From contig JAIYBI010000240.1 of assembly GCA_027488595.1 (NCBI GenBank), positions 1 through 43,828 of the forward strand: a stretch of 43,828 bases of DNA, given 5' to 3'. The notes beneath the pieces are model-generated. The model worked only from the letters and a program-made list of their open reading frames with translations, was not told the DNA's origin and ran no database searches. Source of the stretch: Opitutaceae bacterium (GTDB lineage: Bacteria > Verrucomicrobiota > Verrucomicrobiia > Opitutales > Opitutaceae). Made by a program: the position numbers and the translations under genes. Below are positions 26,213 to 34,004 of this stretch, in pieces (position 1 is the stretch's first letter; each line of letters starts with the position of its first letter).

Positions 26213-28345
26213 TTAGGCGGTTGGCACGAAGGGCCAGACTTTTGCATACCAGGCGAAGGCGGCGGCGGCCACGATGAGGATCAACAAGGTGACGAGCAGG
26301 GTGGAGCGTTTGCGGCGGGCGGCTTCCTTGTCCACGTAGGGATCGTTGAGGTCGAGCTTGCTGCCCTTAGGGAGGACTGCGCGCTCGGTGAGTTTGGTGC
26401 CGAAGGGGATGTTGATTTTGACGCGGCCGTTGATGGCCCAGCCGTTGGCTTCGAGAATGGGGCCGAGGTTGCGCTGGCGGAGTTTGAGCCAGGCGATCGC
26501 CATCGAGGGACCGGAGATGATAAGAATGATGCCCAACACTCCGAGCGGCATGTAAACGCCGAGACCGAGGAAGCCCGCGATGAGTCCGCCGAGCACGGTG
26601 CCCAAGGCACCTGCGGCGACGCCGAGGGCGGCGATGACGCCGACGTCGAACTTCTTGGGGGGAGTGGCGGCGGCGGCGGATTTATCGGCGTTGGCGGTCT
26701 TTTCGGCGGCGGCGGCGAGTTTGGCGTTGCTCTCGGCATCGGCGGCGGCGGCGCGCTTGGCGGCCTGCTCCTCGATCATACGCACAAACTTTTTGTAGGG
26801 GGAGAAGAAGGCCTGGCGGACGCTGATGGGGTTGTCCACGATGGCGGTGATGGCGGCGTCCCAGTCGCGGCCCTGGCGGTCGTAGAAAATGCCGTTGCGG
26901 CCGACGAAGAGGAAGTCGCTATCGCCCTGGGTAAAGCAGGCGGCGATCTTGCGCGGGGCGCAGCCGGCGCGGGTGAGGTCGCAGTAGGCGATGTAGGCCT
27001 TGCTCATGGCGGCGAGCGGGGCGGGGCCGGCGACGCCGATGCAGAACTCGGTGGAGCGGTTGTCGAGATAGAGTGTGCCGGCCTGGAAGGTCGCGGAGTA
27101 GGAGGGGGAGTAAAAGTCGAAGAAGTTGACGAAGTTGTGCAGCAGGGCGCGGAAGTCGCGGGTGTAGCGGAGGATTTTTTCGACCGAGGCGATGGCCGTG
27201 AACTCGGGCTCGAGGGATTTATCCTTGGTGATGAGGGCGGCGAGCTCGGCCTGCTGGTTGGCGGCGAGGATGGCTTTGACGCGATCAAGGCCGAGGGGCT
27301 CGACGGCGGCGCCGGCTTTGGCCCCACTCCAGGCGGCGAAGGCGGCGACTTTGGCCTTGAGGGCGGTCCACTCGGGCTCGGTGAGCTCGGTCTTGGCGGC
27401 GCCGAAAACGGGGGTGACTGCGGCGGCGTGCAGGGTGGCGAGGGCGGCGGCCCAGGCGGGGTTGACGGCGGCGAGGAGCGGGAGGGGCTGGCTGGCGGCG
27501 ATGCGGGCGAGGGGGAAGCCGGCGACCTCGGCGGCGGTGATGGAGAGATCCTTGGCGGCGAGGGCGAGATACTCGGTCTCGGAGCGGTTCAAGGCGGCGA
27601 GGGCGCGGGCATCGTAGGCGGCGAGGCGGGTGCGGGAGAAGTAGTCGTCCACCTTGGCGGAGACGGCATTCACGGCGGCAAGGGCGGCGGCGGTGCCGGC
27701 ACCGAGGGTAAGCACATCGGCGGAGGCGCCGGTGGCGCTCCAGGCGGCGAAGGCGGTGGCGTCGGCGTAGAAGGAGTCGATGCGGGCCTGATCAATGCCG
27801 GAGGCGCCGGAACGGTCGGTCACGCCGCCGTGGGTGGAGATGATTTGCGCGACGAGAAGCTTGAGGTCGGCGGCCTCGGCGGAGTCGGCGGTGATGATGC
27901 CGTCGCCGTTGAAGTGGGTGGAGGCAAAGAGGCGGACGGTGTCGGAGGCCTCGGCGAGGGTGATGGCGGAGGCGTCGGCCTTGCCGAGGGAGGCGAGGAT
28001 GCGTTTGGCGGAGGCGTGGGCGGCGAGGCCCTCGGGCTTGGCGGTGTTGAAGGCGGAGAGGGCGACGGAGTCGGAGTCTTTGAGGAGGACGCCGAGGTCG
28101 TTGAGGACAAGGGCGGACCAATCGATGGCTGAGAGGAGCTCGGGGACGCGGATGCGGCCGTCGTTGTCGGTATCGATGAGGGCGAGGGTTTTCTCGTCGA
28201 GCTCAAGGCCCTTAACCGGGCAGGAGAGGGCGACCCAGAGCTTCTGGTCGAGATGCTTGAGGTTGGCGAGGTCGGCGCCGGTTTCGAGAGCGACTTGGTC
28301 GAGGCCGCCGATGCGGTAGAATTTCCAGGTGTGGGGGGAGTTCAT
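26213..28345 (-). CDS. Conserved hypothetical membrane protein with EF-hand loop
   Basis: WKF.R.GG.DQV, LDQKLWVALSCP, EF-hand-like DTDNDGRIRVPE, GRNGIFYDR.G.DWDA, two C-terminal TMs, and LR.RNLGP.L.ANGWAIN. Confidence 0.8.
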   Translation of the reverse strand: MNSPHTWKFYRIGGLDQVALETGADLANLKHLDQKLWVALSCPVKGLELDEKTLALIDTDNDGRIRVPELLSAIDWSALVLNDLGVLLKDSDSVALSAFNTAKPEGLAAHASAKRILASLGKADASAITLAEASDTVRLFASTHFNGDGIITADSAEAADLKLLVAQIISTHGGVTDRSGASGIDQARIDSFYADATAFAAWSATGASADVLTLGAGTAAALAAVNAVSAKVDDYFSRTRLAAYDARALAALNRSETEYLALAAKDLSITAAEVAGFPLARIAASQPLPLLAAVNPAWAAALATLHAAAVTPVFGAAKTELTEPEWTALKAKVAAFAAWSGAKAGAAVEPLGLDRVKAILAANQQAELAALITKDKSLEPEFTAIASVEKILRYTRDFRALLHNFVNFFDFYSPSYSATFQAGTLYLDNRSTEFCIGVAGPAPLAAMSKAYIAYCDLTRAGCAPRKIAACFTQGDSDFLFVGRNGIFYDRQGRDWDAAITAIVDNPISVRQAFFSPYKKFVRMIEEQAAKRAAAADAESNAKLAAAAEKTANADKSAAAATPPKKFDVGVIAALGVAAGALGTVLGGLIAGFLGLGVYMPLGVLGIILIISGPSMAIAWLKLRQRNLGPILEANGWAINGRVKINIPFGTKLTERAVLPKGSKLDLNDPYVDKEAARRKRSTLLVTLLILIVAAAAFAWYAKVWPFVPTA

Positions 28346-28382
28346 GCGATGGTTTTGAGTGAAAGTTGAAGCCCTTGGCAAA

Positions 28383-28844
28383 TCACTGGCGTGATGAATG
28401 CGGGCCGCAGGTTTGGAGATATGCAGTGAAGGTCAAAGCTAAGAGTAAAAAGCGGGTGAAAACATCTAAGCCCGTGATTTTGCCGCCGGTGCCGAAGCAG
28501 CCGCAGGAAATGTCGAGCCCGCGCGCCCAGGCGGTGCTTTGAGCGAGCAGGAAGAGGGCCGAGAGCAAGGTGGCGAGCAACCACGCACCCTGGCGGAGGC
28601 GCGGGCGCGGCAGGAGCAGGGCGACGGCGGTGACGAGTTCTAGCCAAGGGAGGAAGTGGCCGACGAGTGCGGAGCCGGGCGGGGGGAGCAGACGGTAGTT
28701 GTGCACGGCGACGCTGAAGGCGGCGGGGTCGAGGAGCTTGGGCCAAGCGGCAAGGATGAAGAGGGCGGCCACGCCGAGGCGGGCGCCGGCGGCGAGCAGC
28801 GGCACGAGGCGGAAGGGCCGGAGTGAAGGCGGCGTGGGGCTCAT
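28383..28844 (-). CDS. MauE/DoxX family redox-associated membrane protein
   Basis: F..AA..K..DP..F...V.NY.LLP, LPWLE and RGLDISCGCFG motifs. Confidence 0.88.
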   Translation of the reverse strand: MSPTPPSLRPFRLVPLLAAGARLGVAALFILAAWPKLLDPAAFSVAVHNYRLLPPPGSALVGHFLPWLELVTAVALLLPRPRLRQGAWLLATLLSALFLLAQSTAWARGLDISCGCFGTGGKITGLDVFTRFLLLALTFTAYLQTCGPHSSRQ

Positions 28845-29320
28845 GGGCTCGAGCTCCAAGCCTCCCAGCCGCCGCTGAGCGCGAAGACCGAGTCGGTGCC
28901 GAGCTCGCGGCGGAGGCGGGCGGCGATCTGGGTGCTGGTTTGGCAGGAGGATGAATCGCAATAAACCACGATGACGCCGTCGGGCGTCCAGCGATCGAGC
29001 AGCGCGGGGAGGAGTTGTTCCCATTCGGCTTCGGTGAGGCGGAGGGCGGAGGGGATATGGCCGGTGGCGAAGGCGGCGGGGGTGCGGGCATCCACCCAAA
29101 GGGCGTTTTGAAAACGCGGATCGCGGCGCGCGGTGGCGACGGAGACGGCGTGGGCGGCTGCATCGGCCGGAGCGGTGGCCGGGCCGCTTGAGACGGCGGA
29201 TGCGGGCGAAGGGACGGTGAACGGATGCCAGAGCAGGGAGACGGCGGCGAGCAGGCCGGCGACGGCGGCGAGTTGGGCGGCGGGCCGGAGCGAAGGGCGA
29301 AAATCAACGCACGCGCACAT
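28841..29320 (-). CDS. Rhodanese-like domain protein with N-terminal TM
   Basis: WVDAR....F..GHIPSA, VVYCDSSSC..S and LSGGWEAW motifs. Start uncertain. Confidence 0.85.
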   Translation of the reverse strand: MCACVDFRPSLRPAAQLAAVAGLLAAVSLLWHPFTVPSPASAVSSGPATAPADAAAHAVSVATARRDPRFQNALWVDARTPAAFATGHIPSALRLTEAEWEQLLPALLDRWTPDGVIVVYCDSSSCQTSTQIAARLRRELGTDSVFALSGGWEAWSSSP

Positions 29321-29984
29321 AGATGGTTCGGGTGAGCTCCTCGTTGGAGGGCAGCAGGACGACGACGCTCACGACGGCCCGGGTGGGACGGTCGGTGGCC
29401 GCGGGAGTAATCTCGACCCGCGTGGAGGCCGGATCGTCCGGCGCGGCGGCGGGGAGAAGGCGGACGGCGAAAGCGGGGTCGGAACTGGTGGCGCGAAGGA
29501 CGCGCGCGCCGGCGGTGGGATCGAGAGTGAGCCGGGCGTTTTGCGCGGTGGCTGGGCCGTGGAGCGGCCATTGGAAGAAGCGCGGCGCGAGGGTGAGCCA
29601 CTCGGCGATGGTGACTTTGAGGGTGATGGGGTAGGGCTCGCGGCCGGGCTCGTCGGTGGTGATGAAGAGGACCTGTTCCTTTAGGCCGACTGCGCCCTCG
29701 GCGGCGAAGGTCACGCTGAGAACGCCATCCTGGCCGGGTTGGTAGAGGATTTGGTCCGTCTTGCCAGTCGTGCAACCGCAGGAGGCGCGAACCTCGATGA
29801 CGCGGACGGGGGTGGGGCCGGAGTTTTTAAAGGTGAAACGGGTGGCGAGGGATTCCTGGCCGGGGGCGAGAGTGCCGGAGAACTCCTGGGTTGCCCATTT
29901 GAGTTCTGCGCGGGCGTGCGCAATGCCGGCGGCGAGTAAAATCGCGAGAGTTGCAACGAAGGCGGGCGACGGGCGGCTGAACAT
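29304..29984 (-). CDS. DUF1573 (Ig-like) secreted protein
   Basis: Signal peptide, then F.FKN.G..PV....V.ASCGCT...Y.PG..G. Confidence 0.85.
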   Translation of the reverse strand: MFSRPSPAFVATLAILLAAGIAHARAELKWATQEFSGTLAPGQESLATRFTFKNSGPTPVRVIEVRASCGCTTGKTDQILYQPGQDGVLSVTFAAEGAVGLKEQVLFITTDEPGREPYPITLKVTIAEWLTLAPRFFQWPLHGPATAQNARLTLDPTAGARVLRATSSDPAFAVRLLPAAAPDDPASTRVEITPAATDRPTRAVVSVVVLLPSNEELTRTIYVRVR

Positions 29985-30050
29985 GATCGAAGATCGAGCC
30001 AAGACGAAGAGGCGAAGGGCGGCAAGCCGACGGACGGCGCGATCGAGGGC

Positions 30051-30088
30051 GAAAAAAAACCGCCGGCCCTTGGGGGACCGGCGGTTTT
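30051..30088 (-). terminator. Rho-independent terminator (possibly bidirectional)
   Basis: AAAAAAAACCGCCGG-CCCTTGGGGGA-CCGGCGGTTTT just downstream of the 30103..31194 gene. Confidence 0.8.
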
Positions 30089-30102
30089 CGAGTGAGAGCG
30101 GA

Positions 30103-31194
30103 TTACTTGGTCACGCCGAGGGCGGCGAGGGTCTCGTAGGTGAGACCGCCCTGGGGCAGGTTGTTGGCGGCCTGGAAGGAAGCGACGGCCTGCTGCGTGG
30201 ATTTGCCGTAGACGCCGTCAACCGCGCCGACGTTGAAGTTGCGGGAGTTGAGCTGGCTCTGGACATTGGCGATGACATCGGGGGTGACGTTCGTCGCGCA
30301 AAGGATGCGGCGCCACTCCATCTTGCTTCTGCCGGCGGCGACCTGGCGGGTGACGGTGCCGTATTCGGCGGGGATCACCTTCTTGTCCACGCGGGCGGGG
30401 CTGGTGACCTTTTGAACCTGCACCATTTTGTATTCGGCGGGGATCTGGATGGTTTTCACCTGGGCGGGCTGGTCAACGACGGTGCGCTTGACGGTCTCGT
30501 AGACGGCGGGAATCTGTTCCTCGCGGGTGGTGGCGGCGGAGACGAGCACGTTGCGGCTCACGGTGTCGTAGACAGCGGGGTCGGTGACATAGCACATGAT
30601 CTCGCCGGTCTCGCCTTCGAGTTTCTGGAGGGAGTCCGCACCCTTCTTCCAGTAGCTGCGCTCGGGCTTCACAAGAACGCGCTCGGTGCGGGTCTCGTAG
30701 ACGGCGGCGACGGGGATCTGGCGGGTGTAGGCGGGGGATTTGAGGACGCGCTCCTCGATCTCTTTATAGGTGGCGGGAATGATTTCCTGACGCTCGCTGG
30801 CGCCGCGAACCATGACGCGTTCCTCGACGGTGCTGAGCACGGCGGGAACCTCGATCAGCTCGAAACCCTCTTCGCGTTTCACGACGCGCTCGGTGACGGA
30901 CTCCATGGCGGGAGTCACGAGGACGCGGGTGTAGCACTCGCCGGGTTTGGCGTTGGGCGGGAACAGGGCGTTGTTGTCGGCGGCGGGGGCGGCCACCGGG
31001 CGGGTGGGCGCGACGGCGGGCGCGGGCTCGGCCGGGGCGGCCTCGGCGGCGGGGGCGGTGGTTTCCTTGTGCTTTAGGGAGCGGAAGTGCCGCATGATAT
31101 TCGGGTCAACCTGAGCGAACAGGCTGCCGGCACCGGCGAAAGCCAGGGCGAGGACGAGGGATGCTTTGAGAGCAGGGCTGGACAGGGTTTTCAT
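30103..31194 (-). CDS. Secreted protein with PAxY-repeat stalk and C-terminal peptidoglycan-binding domain
   Basis: Signal peptide, PPNAKPGECY, repeated PA.Y.TV...V, and C-terminal VQ..L....F..G.VDG.YG..T..AV..FQ....L. Confidence 0.82.
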   Translation of the reverse strand: MKTLSSPALKASLVLALAFAGAGSLFAQVDPNIMRHFRSLKHKETTAPAAEAAPAEPAPAVAPTRPVAAPAADNNALFPPNAKPGECYTRVLVTPAMESVTERVVKREEGFELIEVPAVLSTVEERVMVRGASERQEIIPATYKEIEERVLKSPAYTRQIPVAAVYETRTERVLVKPERSYWKKGADSLQKLEGETGEIMCYVTDPAVYDTVSRNVLVSAATTREEQIPAVYETVKRTVVDQPAQVKTIQIPAEYKMVQVQKVTSPARVDKKVIPAEYGTVTRQVAAGRSKMEWRRILCATNVTPDVIANVQSQLNSRNFNVGAVDGVYGKSTQQAVASFQAANNLPQGGLTYETLAALGVTK

Positions 31195-31400
31195 TGGCAG
31201 GGTGTTTAAGGGTTATGAATCGTTTCGATAGTGCCCTAAACTACTCCGCTAAAGCAAGTAAAAATACTGTAATTACATTCTTAACGTCTTATTGAATAGC
31301 TGTTTAATAATTATTTATTGTCGCAATTAAACTGCACGGGGCGCCGATTTCTTATCAGATGTCGAGGCGAGCGGGAGGCGATTTACCTCGTGGCGGAGCG
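31195..31400. promoter_or_regulatory. AT-rich intergenic/promoter region upstream of the PG-binding protein gene
   Basis: Strikingly AT-rich tract in a GC-rich genome. Candidate minus-strand TTGCTT-N18-CACTAT. Confidence 0.4.
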
Positions 31401-31407
31401 ACAAAAA

Positions 31408-32169
31408 TCAACGCGGCGGGCGCGGGCCTTTTACGACGCGAGTGTCGCAAAGGTAGTCGTGCAGCGTGCGTTTTTCGTCGTCGAAGGCGGCCATGACGTA
31501 GCCGGAGAGGAAGAGTATCCAGCTGAGTTGCTCGCCGAAGTAGCGCAGGATGATTTTCCCTGCGCCGACGGGCGATCCATCGGCCCGAACCACGCGCAAG
31601 CCGAGGATACGTTTGCCGGGTGTCGCTTCAAAGCGGCGGATGAAATACACCGAGAACCAGATGGCGATTCCGGCGTTTACGACCGACATGATGCCTTGGG
31701 CGCGCAAAAAGCCCCGCCAGTCGGGCGGCACTGGGATGGCGCCGTCGTAGAAAAGGGCTGAGAATGCCTCGGCGAGCAGCAGTCCGATGCCGACCAGCAG
31801 GATGAAATCAATCATCTTGGCGGCGAAGCGCGCCCAGAATCCGCCGAATGGGGGGTGTGCGGTCCGCGGAGCGGCCTGCGTGGCGCGTTCGCGTGCCGCG
31901 GCCCTCTCCTCGGCCCAAGCGCGGAGTTCCTCGGCGTGAGTGGCATTGGCGGCACTCGTCTCACCGGCGGCCGGGAGGGGCGGAGGCATCGCGGGCAGCG
32001 ACGGCGGAACCTCCAACTCGGCGACATCCCCGGCGCGGCGCCAGTCGCTCAGGCCCGGGCGCCAGACCAGCGTGCCGGCCTGCACCATGCCGTCGCGGAT
32101 GCGTTCATCCAGCGTCTCCCGTTCAACCGGGCCGATGCGTTGACCTTCCTGCACGAAATACCATTTCAT
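31408..32169 (-). CDS. GYF_2 + RDD family membrane protein
   Basis: WY....G...GP....L......TLVW..G...W (GYF_2), plus GFW.RF.A..ID, TPGK..LGL.V and R.LHD....T.V (RDD). Confidence 0.9.
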   Translation of the reverse strand: MKWYFVQEGQRIGPVERETLDERIRDGMVQAGTLVWRPGLSDWRRAGDVAELEVPPSLPAMPPPLPAAGETSAANATHAEELRAWAEERAAARERATQAAPRTAHPPFGGFWARFAAKMIDFILLVGIGLLLAEAFSALFYDGAIPVPPDWRGFLRAQGIMSVVNAGIAIWFSVYFIRRFEATPGKRILGLRVVRADGSPVGAGKIILRYFGEQLSWILFLSGYVMAAFDDEKRTLHDYLCDTRVVKGPRPPR

Positions 32170-32283
32170 GTCCCGCACCGTGCCGGTCCGTGCGGCCAAG
32201 GCAACCGTGCAACGCGGCACCCGCTTGCAACGCATCCCGGCCTCGCCATGCGACGGCGGGACGGCCAACTTCGCGTCCCGACC

Positions 32284-33927
32284 ATGCGTGCATCCTCTCT
32301 TGTCCGCCCTGCCCTTGTCCTGTTGACGGGACTCGTTTTCGCCCTGTTCGCGACCGCCTGCCGGCCTCGCGAAACCCCCGTCGAAGCGGCGCGGGCGACG
32401 CAGACGCTGTTGTTGGGCAACGGCGCCGAGCCCGGCGACCTCGACCCGCAGCTCGCCACCGCGTTCACCGAGTTTAACATCATCATCGCGCTCGGCGAGG
32501 GGCTCACCGCGATTGACGAAGCCACCGGCGAACCGGTGCCGGCGGCGGCCGCGGGTTGGAGTGTATCCGCTGACGGACTACGTTACACCTTTCACCTCCG
32601 GCCCGAGGGACGCTGGTCGAATGGCGAGCCGCTCACGGCCGCTGATTTTGTTTTTTCTTACGAGCGCATCCTTCGGCCCGCCCTCGCCTCGGAATACGCC
32701 TACATGCTGTTCCCGATTCGCGGCGCCGAGGCTTTCAACACCGGTAAATCCACCGATTTCGGCACCGTGGGCGTAAGCGCGCCCGATGCACGCACGCTCG
32801 TCATCGAGCTTGCCTCTCCCACGCCTTATTTGCTGGCCGTCGCCGCTCACCAGGCCTGGTTTCCGGTGCATCCGCCGACGATTTTGAAGGCCGGTAAAAT
32901 AGACCAGCGCGGCACGGGTTGGACGCGACCGGAGAACTACGTCGGCAACGGCCCCTACCGCCTCGCGGTCTGGGCGCCCAACGACCGCATCGAGGTCGTG
33001 CGCCAGCCCCACCACTACTCGGACCCCGCCGTCGGGCCCAAGCGCGTCATCTTTTTTCCTACCGACAACATCCCCGCCGACGAGGCCGCCTACCGCGCCG
33101 GTCAGCGTCACGCCACTTACGACCTGTTGCCGGATCGCATCGCCGGATACCGGGCCGAGAAACCGTCGCCCCTGCGGGTGGATCCGCTGTTGGAGACCTA
33201 TTATCTGCGCTTCAACGTCACGCGTCCGCCCCTCGCCGATGTGCGCGTGCGCCGAGCCCTCGCCCTCGCGATTGATCGCGAGGCGATCGCCGCCTCGGTG
33301 CTGCAAGGCTCGCGCGTTGCCGCCTTCAATTATACCCCGCCCGGCACCGGCGGTTACGCGTGCGAGGCCCGGCAACCCCACGATCCCGCCGCCGCGCGCG
33401 AGTTGCTCGCCGCCGCCGGCTTCCCGAAGGGCGAGGGCTTCCCCCGGTTGGAACTCCTGCTCAACACCGATGCGATCAACACCACCATCCTCTCCGCCGT
33501 GCAGGCGATATGGAAACGCGAGCTCGGCATCGAGGTCACGCTCGTGGCCCAGGATTTCCGCGTTTATCTGGATTCGATGAAGGGCCTGCGCTACGACATC
33601 GCCCGTGCCCGCTGGATCGGAGACTACAACGACCCCAATACCTACCTCGACATGTTCCTGACCGGCGGTGGCAACAACCAGACCGGCTGGAGTTCCGCCG
33701 CCTATGATGCGCTCATCGCCCGCGCCGCCACCACCGCCGACCCGAACGCACGGTTTGCGGTCTTTCAGCAGGCCGAGCGACTCCTTCTCGAAGAGGCTCC
33801 CATCGCGCCGATTTTTTTCGGCGCCCGCACCCATCTGCTGCATCCCGATGTGGGCAGCTGGCACCCGTCCCTGCTCGGCGTGCGCCGTTACCAGACGCTG
33901 ACCTTGGCTCCCGGCCTCGGCCGATGA
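32284..33927 (+). CDS. oppA: Peptide ABC transporter substrate-binding lipoprotein (OppA family)
   Basis: Lipobox-like ATAC, EP..LDP, YTFHLR....WSNG.PLTA.DF, VGNGPY, RVRRAL.LAID and WIGDY.DP motifs. Confidence 0.88.
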   Translation: MRASSLVRPALVLLTGLVFALFATACRPRETPVEAARATQTLLLGNGAEPGDLDPQLATAFTEFNIIIALGEGLTAIDEATGEPVPAAAAGWSVSADGLRYTFHLRPEGRWSNGEPLTAADFVFSYERILRPALASEYAYMLFPIRGAEAFNTGKSTDFGTVGVSAPDARTLVIELASPTPYLLAVAAHQAWFPVHPPTILKAGKIDQRGTGWTRPENYVGNGPYRLAVWAPNDRIEVVRQPHHYSDPAVGPKRVIFFPTDNIPADEAAYRAGQRHATYDLLPDRIAGYRAEKPSPLRVDPLLETYYLRFNVTRPPLADVRVRRALALAIDREAIAASVLQGSRVAAFNYTPPGTGGYACEARQPHDPAAARELLAAAGFPKGEGFPRLELLLNTDAINTTILSAVQAIWKRELGIEVTLVAQDFRVYLDSMKGLRYDIARARWIGDYNDPNTYLDMFLTGGGNNQTGWSSAAYDALIARAATTADPNARFAVFQQAERLLLEEAPIAPIFFGARTHLLHPDVGSWHPSLLGVRRYQTLTLAPGLGR

Positions 33928-34004
33928 AAAAGATTTGTAACACCAATCTCACCGAGGCCTTGACCCGCCAATGCCGTGCCCTACCAGTTAGCGTCTCCCC
34001 AACT

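Noticed and set aside
26108-28132. 674-aa plus-strand ORF and similar long antisense ORFs (5423..6889, 10784..11926, 20338..21363, 29761..31077, 32578..33864)
   Set aside because: Gly/Arg-rich shadow frames opposite well-supported genes, expected at high GC.
32215-32229. sigma54-like GGCACCCGCTTGCA upstream of oppA
   Set aside because: Only 9 nt separate GG and GC, and sigma54 needs 10.
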